A stretch of 64,000 bases of DNA from Eledone cirrhosa (lineage: Eukaryota), in NCBI GenBank assembly GCA_964016885.1, contig OZ024747.1:58528001-58592000 (forward strand). Direction: 5' to 3'. The position numbers were made by a program, and so were the translations under genes. The notes beneath the pieces are model-generated. The model worked only from the letters and a program-made list of their open reading frames with translations. It had not been told where the DNA came from and made no database searches. This document shows, in pieces, positions 29,551 through 45,400 of the stretch (the stretch's first letter is position 1; every line of letters starts with the position of its first letter).

Positions 29551-30477
29551 ATAAGGGCAACACATACACTATTTAATAAAATTATATGGAATTGACTTAC
29601 TCTTTTGGTTTCATTTTTAATCACATTTCTTAAGAATACGTTAGTAAGCTAATTGTTGCCTAACACTAATATGTATATATATACACACACACACGCACAT
29701 ATATACACACACACACACACATACATATATATACAAACACACACATAGATATATACACACACAAATATACACACACATACACATATACACACACATACAC
29801 ATATACACACACACACATACACACACACACATACACACACATGTACACACACACATACACATGCATACACACACACACATAGACACACATATACATATAT
29901 ATATATATATAATTACACACTGTGATAAACGCCTTCAGTGAAATGGTCAATAAAGTGTGGTAAATATCATTGGTTTCAATGTGTCTTATATTGCACTTAC
30001 AGTGTACTTGCTTCTTTTCTATGAACTAATAAATAATTACATTCAACGGACCAAATTCTTTCTACCAATAACTATATATCTGGAATCACCTAATACCCTC
30101 TTGTATTATGAATGTCTATGCGTCGCCTGGGTATTATTTCATGAAAATTTACTTGCGTGTCACATTATACACGCTAATATCAATTAGAATATATAATTAT
30201 ATATATATTTCAACTTATATTACATTAGATTTTGCAGATATAATACCATTCCAAAGTAAAATTCTGTTGCTTGATGAGGAAACAGTTAGTTAAATGCGAC
30301 GACGGATCCGGCGCCTTTCGTACACCATTTCGTCCGCTCTCAGGACCGATTGATTCGTCCACGACCGACGTTAGCATGGAACCCTTCTCCACTTTAGTCC
30401 TCGAAGGTTTCAAGATAATATATACACACAGAGATATTCACACACATACACATATATATATATATACACACACACAC

Positions 30478-30508
<31 letters not shown>

Positions 30509-30813
30509 TACACACACACAGGTTTCAAATTCAGTCGGTGATAAGGTAAGATGTGTATACCGGTAGCGGATGTCGGTCGCTGAATAATGGACATATCTAT
30601 GTATTTTATGTTACCTAACATATATGGCGACTAAACATGTTTTCCCCGGTACTCAGAGTTTCATGATGGTATCCGACTAAGCATGTGTGCATCAGCGCTC
30701 TTCGATATTTAGAAATCCAAACATTAACAAATATTATGTGAAACTATAACCTCTACGCTTCAATCATTGAAAACAATTAAAACAGGAGTCCATGATTTCC
30801 TATCATTACTATG

Positions 30814-30997
30814 GGCGGTGGATTGGCAGTATCGGTAGAAGGTCGGACGCCATGCTTTCCAGCATAGTTACGTCCCTTTACGATCTGAGTTCAAATCGCG
30901 CCGAGGTTGACTTTGCCTTTCATCATTACGGGGTCGATAAAATAAAGTACCAGTAATGCACTGGGTAATTGCTGGCCTTGTGCCTAAAGTAGAAACA
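30814..30997 (+). mobile_element. tRNA-derived SINE with 9-bp TSD
   Basis: ATTACTATG at 30805-30813 and 30998-31006. Confidence 0.92.
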
Positions 30998-31609
30998 ATT
31001 ACTATGATATGTTAAAGACACCGATAAGCCCGCGATCAGTACCGCTCTAGGATTTCCCTTCATATTCTCAAGAAGAGACATTGATATTTCCGAAGCGTTA
31101 AGGTATATATAGATATAGGAAAGGTACAATTCAAAACTAAGTACAAAGTATTAAAATGAAACTGTGTGAATATCAATATTTTGCTACACCGATGCTACAT
31201 TTTGTTTTAAATCCTTGCAACGATTAAGTCTCGTAATTATAAGGCAGCTTGCTCCCTATAGTGATACATAATCTTTCTATTGTCAAATTTAGTGATAATA
31301 CTTCGTTCATTAAGCAGTAAAGAAGAATAAGAGATGAAAATGAGTTCTAACTTGAGTGGGTGCTATTCCTCACTCTCTTTCTCTCTCACCCTCTCTCATA
31401 TATATATATATATCCAAAATTAAGATAGATTAAAAGAATTCAATCAGAATCGAAATGATGGGTGTCATTCCTTAACGGAATGCGCCATATCGCCCGGAAA
31501 ATAAGCTCTAGGACTTTGTAAGTACGAGCATTTTAATAACTAGGAATTGATCAACATATATATAAATAAATATAAACATGAAAAATCACAGGAGATAATT
31601 ATTACAAGC

Positions 31610-31684
<75 letters not shown>

Positions 31685-31716
31685 GCAAGGACGATTTGTT
31701 AAGCCTTCATTATGTC

Positions 31717-31899
31717 GGTGGATTGGCAGTATCGGTGGGGGATCGGACGCCATGCTTTCCAGCATAGTTACGTCCCTTTACGATCTGAGTTCAAATCCCG
31801 CCGAGGTTGACTTTGCCTTTCATCCTTACGGGGTCGATAAAATAAAAAGTACCAGTAATGCACTGGATATTTGCTGGCCTTGTGTCTAAAGTAGAAACA
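31717..31899 (+). mobile_element. tRNA-derived SINE with 8-bp TSD
   Basis: ATTATGTC at 31709-31716 and 31900-31907. Confidence 0.92.
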
Positions 31900-32460
31900 A
31901 TTATGTCTACTAGCAGAAAAACGACTCTTCGGGTGGTTTTCTGCTAGCATGTTTAGTCTGTATATTGATATTATACGCAGGTATATATACATGTAGATAT
32001 GATACATCAAATAAAATCGTAATTGACAATATACACAGAGATTGAACGAAGGCTGTTACACTGTAATCGGTAACGTAATCCATGATACATTAAAAAAGAC
32101 GATATTATATATATACTGCATTAGGAGAAAATTAGTGACGGAAAATTAGTATGTTTATTTAAGCGATCGCCACCGGAAGTGTTCACATTTCAGAAATTTT
32201 AAAGAAGTGAATTTTTAAATAAACAAAATATATTTAATGAACAGCCACGAAATTTAGTAGATAAATTATGTAATATTCATTCATTATTTATTCAAAGTAA
32301 TCCAACTTATTTTACAAATGGGATAAAAAAAAAACCGTACGAAGTCCCGCAGACCTTCCTTTGTTATAGTTTAGATTGATTGGTAACGCTCGTTTCGCTA
32401 TTGATCAGCTCAAGGTTCGATCTGTATCGATCTGGCCCGACTCTGGAAACAAAAACCAGC

Positions 32461-33015
<555 letters not shown>

Positions 33016-33016
33016 G

Positions 33017-33073
<57 letters not shown>

Positions 33074-33763
33074 TTATATATTGTAGGTGCGTGTGTCTGC
33101 CTGTGTGAAACCTAAATCAATGCTACTCACTTTTCTCTGTCCCTATAAAAAGAAATCTGACGTTTAAGTTGTAAACATTGGTAAGCAGTTTCGCATCAAT
33201 GTCAACAACAAAGTAAAATGTTTATCAGTATTTTGCCTTCATAGAAATTATAGAGTAAGAAGCAAAACAGCGGCCATTTTGCAGACATCAATTGGTTTCT
33301 ATTGAATGTTAATAGCAAACGTGGAAACAATATACGTCATTATCCTAGATTCCTATTCACCCCTCAGATATACAACATTCAAAGAACTTTGTCAAATGAA
33401 CGACAGACTAGTTGATTGCTGTTGCTCTTGTTTTTTTAAATATTTCATTTGTGTTGCATTTCATTTTGGTTGTGGTTTGTTGTTTTGCCTTATTTCGCTA
33501 GTGTTTGTATATGTATATATATATATGTGTGTGTGTATGTATATATGTATATATATATATGTATGTATATATATATATATATGTATATGTAGATATATAT
33601 ATATATATATATGTATGTATATGTATATGTATATATATATATATATACGTGTGTGTGTCTGTGTGAATGCGTCTATATGTAAATGTATATATATATATAT
33701 ATATTTGCAGACACTGATACATACGTACATATATGCATACACATACACAAACCCACATATATT

Positions 33764-33794
<31 letters not shown>

Positions 33795-33798
33795 CTAG

Positions 33799-33830
<32 letters not shown>

Positions 33831-33859
33831 CTAAAGAGAGAGAGAGAGAGAGAGAGAGG

Positions 33860-33930
<71 letters not shown>

Positions 33931-34249
33931 AGAGAGATAGCTATATAGATATAGCAATCCAATCACGTTTACATGAAGATGAAATGGACAACATAATAAT
34001 ATATTACGAATATCTAGCCTCGTACCCTACCCAATCCGCTCTCATCGGAAAAACACCTTAAATATAGTCATCCATATCATCATCATCATCACCCTACTCC
34101 TACCCCTACTCATCATCATCATCATCAGCATCAGTGTTGTCATTCGTTAGGCTCTTATTGTTAGCATTAATGACGTACTCATTCTTCCGTATTTCAATAG
34201 TAATGACCCAACCGGGAAACTCCGTTAATGACTATTTCTTACAGTGTAT

Positions 34250-34251
<2 letters not shown>

Positions 34252-34308
<57 letters not shown>

Positions 34309-34495
34309 GGTACTACTACCACTACTACTATTGGTATTATTACCACTACTATTAACACTACTACTGATAATACTACTAATACTACTACTACTACTACCAC
34401 TACTACCATTAACACTACTACTACTACCACCACTACGACCACTACTCATACTGCTGCTGCTACTATTACCATTAACACTACTGCTACTACTACTG
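34252..34495. repeat. (ACT)n-rich microsatellite
   Basis: Direct reading. Confidence 0.95.
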
Positions 34496-34904
34496 GAAGA
34501 GTCTGATGAAAGAAAGTTACCTATAGCTTCAACTTATGACGACATTACTTAACTCTCTATTTATGCACCTACATATCTATATACTTATCTATCTACCTAC
34601 ATAACTACATCTCTCTATGTCTGTCTGTCTGTCTGCCTGCCTGACTGTCAATCTATTCTTAAGTATGTATATTTACCAATATAGCTACCTTAGTACAAGA
34701 TCAACAATAACAACAACAAAGCACATATCCTAATAGCTGTCCGATGATAGATAAATAGATAGATAGTGTTGTAATCAAGGATTTACAAAATTACTTTCTT
34801 TAACTAGAAATCCCGAGTAATTGCTAGTAGTATATATGTATATGTGCACATAAGTATATATAGATATAAAATTAGAATTGGTGCTCTGAAATACCGATAT
34901 ATAT

Positions 34905-35357
34905 ATATATATGAATGTATATACAGTGTATTCTGCAATATACTGTATGCTTAATTAAAAGCATTTTGAAGACCTTACGCTATTGTTTTAAAGTAGTGAC
35001 TATGTCACAAACAAAGGAAATAAGCTGACAAATCTCTGTTTGATACTGTTGGTATTCCACCAATTCTAATTATCAATTTTTGCTGGACCGGCAACCGCTC
35101 TGTATAATCACTTCCTGGTTATTACTGGAATTCTATAAGAATCTAACATTCATAATTTTCAACAAACAAGGGGAGTGCTAAGCTCTAAGAAATACCAACA
35201 GTGTGAAACAGAGATCTGTCAGCTTATCTCCCTTTGTTTGTTGAAAAAAGAAGTAAGTGACATAGTCACTACTTTAAAACAATAGCGTAAGGTCTTCAAA
35301 ATGCTTTTAATTATGTATAGTGTATTGCAAAATACACTATGTATACATTCATATATA
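34905..35357 (+). mobile_element. Inverted-repeat element with a decayed HHR (35158-35245)
   Basis: Arms 34905-35056 and 35191-35357; AAGCT-CT(-)AAGA-a-atac/gtgt-GAAA-CAGA-GA-TCTG-TC-AGCTT, with stem I extended by TTCAACAAACAAGGGGA/TCCCTTTGTTTGTTGAA. Confidence 0.75.
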
Positions 35358-35650
35358 GATATGTACACACACACACACGCACACACACATACACACACAC
35401 AAAATACATATATATATATACAGAGAGGCAGAGATGTAAAATCCTGACCGAAGCACCAAGCGATTTCGGCTTGCGAGAAAACCTTTTCCATGGTGTAGTA
35501 TTATTTGTAGTTTGGAAAAAGAATAGCTCACGGGTCTCTCTCTACATATAGTAATTTTAATAATAGCAACTTAATTGCTCATTAAGTTGGTGATGAACTA
35601 CGTCCGTTCTATTCGACAAGCTTCCCCTCATAATATACATATATATATAC

Positions 35651-35705
<55 letters not shown>

Positions 35706-35706
35706 G

Positions 35707-35742
<36 letters not shown>

Positions 35743-36339
35743 ACATATTCAATCTAATGGACTATAGGAGAGATGGTGTGTCACTTAATGCTGAAAATCC
35801 GTTAAATCGAAAGTAAACTATGGTCCATATTTATTGGTGCTAATACAAATAAATGCTTTGGCAAAATTGATGCAAGTTCATATTCTATAATTACTTAATA
35901 TTAATATAAATATTATATTATATTTACTTAACTTTTAACATTATAGTTGATGTGTAATTCTCTGTGACCCTAGTGGTAGTACAGTATTGTACAATTGTTA
36001 TTTGATCCGTTAAATATCGAATGAGCTAATACAAAGTATGTTAAACAAATAGCTTATTATTTATTTGGCGGATCTCTATGAAATTATTTCCAGCCTACAC
36101 GTAGCGGGAGGTTCTCACATATGATGTTGAAAGTCTAAACCGCAGTTTACTTATAATGACCTATAGGCATTACGTTGACATTGACTGATATGATGATGTC
36201 TGATATACACACAAGGCCCGCAATGTGGGGGAGAGGGGAATGTCTATGAAATAGACGATAGTGCATTACTGGTACTTTAATGATGCCATCATCATCACTA
36301 TTACAAGCACGATCGTATTTAGCCAAATCCTTCACCTCA

Positions 36340-36470
36340 TTATCAACATCGCCATCATCATTCTCGCCATTATCATTATCTCCGCCATCATCACCTTCAT
36401 CATCATCACATTATTTCTCATCCACATCATTCATCATCGCCATTATCATCATCATCATCGCCATCATCAC

Positions 36471-36536
<66 letters not shown>

Positions 36537-37410
36537 CATCATCATCGGCATCATCCTTATTGGTATCATCCTTATCGCCATCGCCATCATCATCGCCATC
36601 ATCATCATCATCATAATCATCATCACATTCCTTCATCGCATCATCATCATAACCATGACCACCATCATCACCATCAATATCATCACTATCACATTCCCGC
36701 CCCCTCCTCCCCCTCCTCCTCCACCTCATCATCACCGCCATCACCGCCATCATCATCATCATCATTACCATCATCCTTATCGCCATCATCATCACCACCA
36801 CCACCATCATCATCATCGCCATCGCCATCGCCACCAACATCGCCATCACCATCATCATCACCACCACCATCATCTCCATCATCATCATCTTCACCGCCAT
36901 CATCATCAACACGATCATCACCACCACCATCATCAACACCATCATCTCCATCATCATCATCTTCGCCGCCATCATCATCAACACCATCATCACCACCACC
37001 ATCATCAACACCATCATCTCCATCATCATCATCTTCGCCGCCATCATCATCAACACGATCATCACCACCACCATCATCAACACCATCATCTCCATCATCA
37101 TCATCTTCGCCGCCATCATCATCAACACCATCATCACCACCACCGTCATCAACACCATCATCACCACCACCATCATCAACACCATCATCACCACCACCAT
37201 CATCAACACCATCATCTCCATCATCATCTTCACCGCCATCATCATCAACACCATCATCACAACCACCATCAGCAACACCATCATCACCACCACCATCATC
37301 AACACCATCATCGCCATCATCATCATCTTCACCGCCATCATCATCAACACCATCATCACCACCACCACCATCATCAACACCATCATCTCCATCATCACCG
37401 ATATCATCAG
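36340..37410. repeat. (CAT)/(CAC)-rich micro/minisatellite
   Basis: Direct reading; ~57-bp higher-order unit in 36860-37130. Confidence 0.92.
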
Positions 37411-37689
37411 ATGTCAGCAGCTTTGTATATAGCTTGTGCACCACTCTATGCATCTTGGTGTAACTTGGTGCACATTCTTGCACCGACTACAATGTCTAAC
37501 ACAATCTATGTTAATTTCCCTGTAACAAATATTTCTCACATTTTCTCGCTAATATTTTCTCCATTTTCAATTGACGACATTCAATTCTCTCATCCACCCG
37601 GATATCACAGAAGGTGCTGGCGATTAAATGGAGTTATTAATGTATTCATGTGTTGGTTCACACACTGCACATCATACGGAAACTATGCA

Positions 37690-39390
37690 CTCACACACCA
37701 CACACATACATGCACAGAAATACAGACACATGCAACACAGACACACAGATACACGCATGCACACAAACACATTTATGTTCTGATGTAGATGCATTTACGC
37801 ATGCATGTAGCATGCATGTACAGCATAGACATACATATATACTCGCGCACACATACGCACAAACACATACATGCACATAATCATGCACATGCAAACAAAC
37901 TCACACATATGCACAGAAACACAGGCGTGAACAGAAACGCACACACGTACACACACATCTACACAAACCCAAAATACACATGCACACAAATACACAGAAG
38001 CACAGGCGCACAGGCGTAAACACATACACACACACATACACACACATACACATTCACACAAACATACGCATGCTCAGTAACACACACATGTACACAAACA
38101 CAAAACACACATGCACACAAATACACATGCACATAAATACACACATGCACAGAAACAAACATGCACAGAAACATGCACACAAATACACACATGCAGCCAC
38201 CAGCCACACACAAACACACACACACATGCACTAACCCACCTCACACATACACGAAAACACACATACACATAAACATACATACACAGACACACATATGCCG
38301 GCACAAACACACGCATGCACACATACACACGCATGCATACAAACACACAGGCATACATACGTACTCTCACTCACACTCATACATAGATTCCCACGCAAAC
38401 ACACAGGCATACATACGTACTCACACATACACTCATACATAGATTCGCACACAAACACACAGGCATACATACGTACTCACACACAAACACACGCATGCAT
38501 ACAAACACACAGGCATACATACGTTCTCACACACAAACACACGCATGCATACAAACACACATGCATACATACGTACTCACACATACACTCATACATAGAT
38601 TCGCACACAAACACACGCATGCATACAAACACACAGGCATACATACGTACTCACACATATACTCATACATAGATTCGCACACAAACACACGCATGCTACA
38701 CAAACACACAGGCATACATACGTACTCACACACAAACACACGCATGCATACAAACACACAGGCATACAACTATACTCACACATACACTCATACATAGATT
38801 CGCACACAAACACACGCATGCATACAAACACACAGGCATACATATGTACTCACACACAAACACGCGCATGCATACAAACACACATGCATGCATACAATAC
38901 GTACTCACACATACACTCATACATAGATTCACACACAAACACACGCATATACAAACACACATACATACATACATGCGTATATATATACATAGTCAGACAT
39001 ACATTCGCACACAAACACACGCATGCATACAAACACACAGGCATACATACGTACTCACACACAAACACACTCACGCATACAAACACACATGCATACATAC
39101 GTACTCACACATACACTCATACATAGATTGACACACAAACACACGCATGTATACAAACACATATACATACATACATACGTATATACATACATAGTCAGAC
39201 ATACATTCGCACACAAACACACGCATGCATACAAACACACAGGCATACATACGTACTCACACATACACTCATACATAGATTGACACACAAACACACGCAT
39301 GTATACAAACACACATACATACATACATACATACATACATACGTATATACATACATAGTCAGACATACATTCGCACACAAACACACTGGC
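37690..39390. repeat. CA-rich minisatellite with higher-order unit
   Basis: Recurring ACAGGCATACATACGTACTCACACATACACTCATACATAGATTCGCACACAAAC. Confidence 0.9.
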
Positions 39391-39847
39391 TATTGAGCAG
39401 TTCAATGATTTGCCTGGTCATACCATGAAATTAAACACATGCTACGTTTAATAATAATCACTTTCTCATCGCCATTGTAGAGAGAGAGAGAGAGAGAGAA
39501 GGGAGAGAGGGGAAAGAGAGAGAAAGAGAGGGGTGTAAGCGATGGCGAGTGGAATAGAGAGGAAAAGTGAAAGTAAGAGAGAAATAAAAAAGGGGAAAGC
39601 TGGGGAGAATGAAAGAGGAGGAACGTAAGAGAGAATGAGAGAGAGAGTCATGAATTGTTCAAAATATGTGCGTATATTGGTGTATGTATTCATCTATGTT
39701 ATGGAGCTGTGTATTTGTGTATGTATATTCATGTATGTATGTATAATAAATATATACATAGATACATACATGAATATAGTATATGTGTATTATCTATGTC
39801 TGTTTGTAGAAGCCATTTTTATATTAAATGTTGTTATATATATATAT

Positions 39848-40060
39848 ATAAATGGAATAGAATGAAACGAAATTTCATTTCTCACTCTTAGTACGGCACT
39901 TACTTAAATGTAAGTATGTATGTATGAATGCGTACATACATATATGTGAGAAATGAAATTTCGTTTCATTCTATTCCATTTATCGTTTTCGGTGTGCGCG
40001 GCCGACTGACCTCACGCGATATGCAAATTGGGCTGCTCAGCCGTTAATGTGCATAAGGAG

Positions 40061-40065
<5 letters not shown>
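39848..40065 (+). mobile_element. Fold-back short copy of the tandem-HHR family (50917-51995)
   Basis: Inverted 39848-39885 versus 39946-39983; tail resembles the reverse complement of 51340-51430. Confidence 0.85.
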
Positions 40066-40120
<55 letters not shown>

Positions 40121-40124
<4 letters not shown>

Positions 40125-40537
40125 GGAGGTGAGTTTTATTGTAGTACAATAAAGCAATGCAGATATCGGATAAGAAGCACTCTACAGTTTGTGGGACTGG
40201 AGTATGCATAATATAAGATCAAAAGATGGTTAAAGGAGTTCAATATATTTTATTATGCGCATTTCAAAAACAAACATCATCAAACAATAATATTTGTGTT
40301 TTCATCAGATAAAACAGGAGAACATGATATGAAGGCTAAAAAAACACTTGTTGATAGTGCAGTTTTAAATCAACATATGTTGATTTAAAACTGCACTATC
40401 AACAAGTGTTTTTTTAGCCTTCATATCATGTTGTCCTGTTTTATCTGATGAAAACACAAATATTATTGTTTGATGATGTTTGTTTTTGAAATGCGCATAA
40501 TAAAATATATTGAACTCCTTTAACCATCTTTTGATCT

Positions 40538-40545
<8 letters not shown>
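40121..40545 (-). mobile_element. Spacerless palindrome (169-bp arms, centre 40376/40377) with an HHR on each strand, plus tail 40121-40207
   Basis: One mismatch between arms; (TA)n on both sides. Confidence 0.92.
40439..40505 (+). ncRNA. Type I HHR (mirror copy at 40248-40314 on the minus strand)
   Basis: TTTTAT-CTGATGA-aaacacaaa...tttgttttt-GAAA-TGCGCA-TA-ATAAAA. Confidence 0.85.
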
Positions 40546-40633
<88 letters not shown>

Positions 40634-40895
40634 GGGTAGATGGATAAACGGTTGGGTGTATATGTTATGTATGAATGTATATATACATGCGTATATAAGC
40701 ATGCATGCATATGTGTAGGTTATCATGTTATTAAATACACAGGAATCCTTCACGCAAGTCCTTTACTTCAAAGAAACAATGTTCAGCTGATTTGATGTAG
40801 ATATACTTATTAATAGAAATGAAAATGAATGTTTCGAAGTGTACCACTAAATATAAGTGTACACATATAAGTGTGTGTGTGTATATATATATATA

Positions 40896-40985
40896 TGAAA
40901 GGATTCAGGACCCCGACGGCTGAGCTCCGGCCGTTTCGACACCTAGATCTACTACCCCAAGTATCAAGTACTCTGGTGGGTTATT
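40896..40985. mobile_element. Truncated fold-back copy of the GUC-hammerhead family
   Basis: GACCCCGACGGCTGAGCTCCGGCCGTTTCGAC followed by forward tail CTACTACCCCAAGTATCAAGTACTCTGGTG. Confidence 0.8.
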
Positions 40986-43228
40986 ATATATATATATATT
41001 TAACCACACCCTATTTGTTTGAAGAAAGAAGACCAGGTGAACATCATGGCTGCCAGGGAGTCACTGGTTTTACATCAGAATTTTCCTTCTCCTAGAATGG
41101 TATTCTATCAAAAACTTGCAGAAAATATCTATATGTTAGATTATATTCTATTTTTGTATTGAATCCATATATGAGTAAACATGTTAAAAAAACGAAATTT
41201 AGGAGAGAAACATATGTTTGTTTAGTTATATAATTAATATCTTAAAGCGAATATCTCGTTGTAGTTTAATCTCATCTCAGCTCTAATTTAGAAGAGCACA
41301 CTGCTGTCCAGAAATATTTTAATTGAACCCATGATGAATACACTGATTTGTGGTGTTTTAATCTGAGTGCGTTATATCTCCGTAGGTTCCAACGACGAGT
41401 TTTCCAGTTGATGCGGCAATCAACGGAACAGATTTCTTGTGAAATTGAAGTGAGTAATTTGGGGAATATTCTGCGTGTTACAGAGTGTGACTAGCTGCCC
41501 TCCTTTTAAGTAAAGACACAACTATTTTCGCTAGCTGAGTAGACTGAGGCAATGAGAAATAATATGTCTTACACAAGGACACAATGCATCGCGGGGAATA
41601 GAATTCTGCAATCTCTAAGTTTCTAGCGAGTGTATATACGCTCTGGTTTTTCTACACTTGCCATAATTTTCTTTATTCTACAGAGCTTATTAGTCGTATT
41701 CCAAGCCACACAGACTCTCCCAACATACTCGTCATTCACCTCTAAATATATTGTGTTGTTTTAACCGATACGCTCCCTCACTAACGCCTACATTCATTTC
41801 TTCTTACCTAAAAGATACTTACCATCTAGATATCCATACTTATACCATTAGGGACTACGGAAAAAAATACGGTGTCATTTATAAAATTGTTAATTGTTAC
41901 TCCACGTCAAAAGTTGACTCGCAACTAAGAGGTAACTTAACTGTTGTTGCCTCTTTTTGATTTATTTATTTATTTTTACCTATTGATGCAGAAGATGTTG
42001 GCAGCTATACCATAGAGAACAGAACGTCTACTGAATAAAATGGCAATCTGTATATTTGATTTTGTTATTAAGATTTTGCTTTGCTGGCGTTGTTATCATA
42101 ATATATTTTCATGGACTTTTAAGCAGAACGGAATTATGTTTCATGCTAGATTATATTTGACTCAGTGAAATGAGTTAAATAAAGTTAATATCAGAAAATA
42201 GTTGTGGTTTAAATACCATTGTTTCTACACTAATCAACCATCTTTTAAATTATCTCTTCCATAATAAACATTTTCAACGTCGACTACCTCAGGTCAGCGA
42301 TATGTGATATTAACTAATGGCAGGCAATGAATTGCTACATTAATTTATTCCCCCATCAATGAAACTGTTTTCTTTTTTATATGCCTTTGTGTATGCTCAT
42401 TCACATAAACACATATGTGTGTATTCGTTGTCATACACGTATGCTTCATGTATATAGATGCCCATACACACGTACGTATATGTGTGTGTGAGAGAGAGTG
42501 TGGGTTTGAACTGATTCTCATGCACCTGTGTTTGAATACATATTAATTCCCATACACACGTATGCGTGTGTGTGTGTATGTGTGTATTCATTATGAAACG
42601 TATGTTCGAGTATATATTAATTCCTATACAAATGTATATGTGTGGGTGTATAATTGTGTGTGGTGGTATGTTTCTGATTGTGTGTGAGTATTCATTCGCA
42701 TATAGAAATATGTGCATGTAACTTAACGAGAATTTGTAGTATTAAATGATGTTGTTTTATCGACCAAATTCCACGATATGAGGACCATGGGAGAGGATAA
42801 ACAAAACGTTATAGAAATTACAAAATTATTCCCTTCAATTCACAAAGTTTTGCCAGAACACTTTAATTTTCTCCATGAAAAACCCGACGCAATGAAATTG
42901 AGTAAATTCATCGTAGAAATATTGTAAAAACATTAAACTAAAAACAATAGCGTTATTTGCTTCAGCTAGTGTCTCAATGTTCAGCTAAACTTCTTTTATT
43001 CCAAGAAAGTCCGTTTATATTATGTCAAAATCAATTGTTTAGATTTATTAAAACGATTGATTTCAGAATCTTGGGATTGGTTTCAGATATATGTAAATAG
43101 ACATTAAGCAACTGGGAAAATATTCATTATTGTATTGCATATACTATATTAGATTGCATCGCATTTTGTTCTGGTGGACGATTTGCGAAAACCATTAAAG
43201 ATTTTCTGATTAAAAATATACTTGGAAA

Positions 43229-43292
<64 letters not shown>

Positions 43293-43342
43293 TATATACA
43301 CAAACATATATTTATATATATTTATATATATACATATATATA

Positions 43343-43445
<103 letters not shown>

Positions 43446-43518
43446 GTATATATATATATAAATATATATATATGTATATATATAAATATATATATATAAA
43501 TATATGTTTGTGCATATA

Positions 43519-43551
<33 letters not shown>

Positions 43552-43680
43552 TGACGAGGTTATTGTATCAACTATAATCTCGCATGCACACATTATTCAC
43601 TCAATCAGTTATGGAATGAATTTGTAAGAAACAAAATATATCTCAGAGTGCTTACAAAATGTTTGTTAACAATGTGGCAT

Positions 43681-43756
<76 letters not shown>

Positions 43757-43926
43757 TTTATATATTTGTTCCACAAAACAAAGACAAAATGGAGTAGAAG
43801 TCTAAGGCCGGAAAGAAAGAAGAAGCGTAAAACAGATAGTCATTGAGGTGGTCACGCAATGTGTCTTTTTGTGTCAGAGTGTGTATGCGTTTGTGTGGGT
43901 GTATGTATGTGTTTTGGCGTGTATTA

Positions 43927-43997
<71 letters not shown>

Positions 43998-44002
<5 letters not shown>

Positions 44003-44285
44003 ATATTAAATAAATGGAAACTATATTTATAAAACCATATTTATTCTATTATATATATTTCAAGGGTACCAAATTTTGGTACGCTATCATCAGATAAAAT
44101 ACGAAGTGTGTTTTATAAATGTTGACATAACCAAGGAATATACCTTAACGGTTCAAGTTTTCCTTGGATAGTGGAATATTTAATATCATTGAATATTATA
44201 CTCCAGAAACTTGTCGAGTGCTCTGAATCAGTTATAAACATTTATATTTATTGAATTACCAACAAATTGAATATCCCTTCTGCTT
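43998..44285. mobile_element. PLE insert with inverted HHR (44043-44100, minus) and forward tail; relative of 59339-59790
   Basis: ATTTTAT-CTGATGA-t-AGCGTACCAA-aat-TTGGTACCCT-t-GAAA-TATATA-TA-ATAGAAT. Confidence 0.85.
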
Positions 44286-44574
44286 ATATATATATATATA
44301 TGTGTGCGTGTATGTGTGTGTGTGTATATATTGAGGTGGTCGTTTTGGCAGTTATTAAAGTGTTGGAAACTAGTTCAAACAGTGTCTCCCTTTACTGTCA
44401 TCCTCCCGGGGTCAACTCGGGACGTATCATCTCAGTGCATATGCAGCACTCTCTCCTTTCATATATCAGATCTTAGATGTTTCGATCAACAGAGGGAGTT
44501 TCGTGGGATGCCTGTATCATACATAGATCAAACTAGCGCAATGATCTTTTTGTATATTAATGTACTTTTATCCA

Positions 44575-45400
44575 ATTACAACGTTACACAGATGTATCAC
44601 ATCTTTACCATCTTACACAGATGTATGCCAGTATTACCATGTTACACAGATGTATGCCAGTATTACCATGTTACACAGATGTATGCCAGTATTACCATGT
44701 TACACAGATGTATCCCAGTATTACCATGTTACACAGATGTATCCCAGTATTACCATCTTACACAGACGTATCCCAGTATTATCACGTTATACAGATGTAT
44801 CCCAGTATTATCATGTTAGACAGATGTATGCCAGTATTATCATGTTAGACAGATTATCCCAGTATTATCATGTTACACAGATGTATCCCAGTATTACCAT
44901 GTTACACAGATGTATCCCAGTATTACCATCTTACAAAGATGTATGCCAGTATTACGTATTACCATGTTACACAGATGTATCCCAGTATTACCATGTTACA
45001 CAGATGTATCCCAGTATTACCATCTTACAAAGATGTATGCCAGTATTACGTATTACCATGTTACACAGATGTATCCCAGTATTACCATGTTACACAGATG
45101 TATCCCAGTATTACCATGTTCATAGATGTATCCCAGTATTACCATGTTACACAGATGTATCCCAGTATTACCATGTTACACAGATGTATCCCAGTATTAC
45201 CATGTTACACAGATGTATCCCAGTATTACCCTGTTACATAGATGTATCCCAGTATTACCATGCTATACAGATGTATCCCAGTATTACCATGCTATACAGA
45301 TGTATCCCAGTATTATCATGTTACATAGATGTATGCCAGTATTACCATGTTACACAGATGTATCCCAGTATTAACATGTTACACAGATGTATCACAGTAT
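44575..45400. repeat. 29-bp tandem minisatellite, ~28 units
   Basis: CATGTTACACAGATGTATSCCAGTATTAC head-to-tail with no spacers. Confidence 0.96.

Noticed and set aside
30300-30345. HHR-like CTGAGA..GAAA-GGCGCC on the minus strand
   Set aside because: Core is one nucleotide short, no UH triplet and no stem I
30628-30700. HHR-like CTGATGC..GAAA-ACATGT-TT on the minus strand (related imperfect IR at 59078-59253)
   Set aside because: Stem I and stem II pairing not convincing; at most a decayed relic
36261-37788. 400- and 502-aa His/Ser/Pro ORFs
   Set aside because: (CAT)n-derived; open in several frames on both strands
44575-45400. CRISPR-like 29-bp repeat array and 295-aa ORF
   Set aside because: No unique spacers, no cas genes, eukaryotic context; a plain minisatellite
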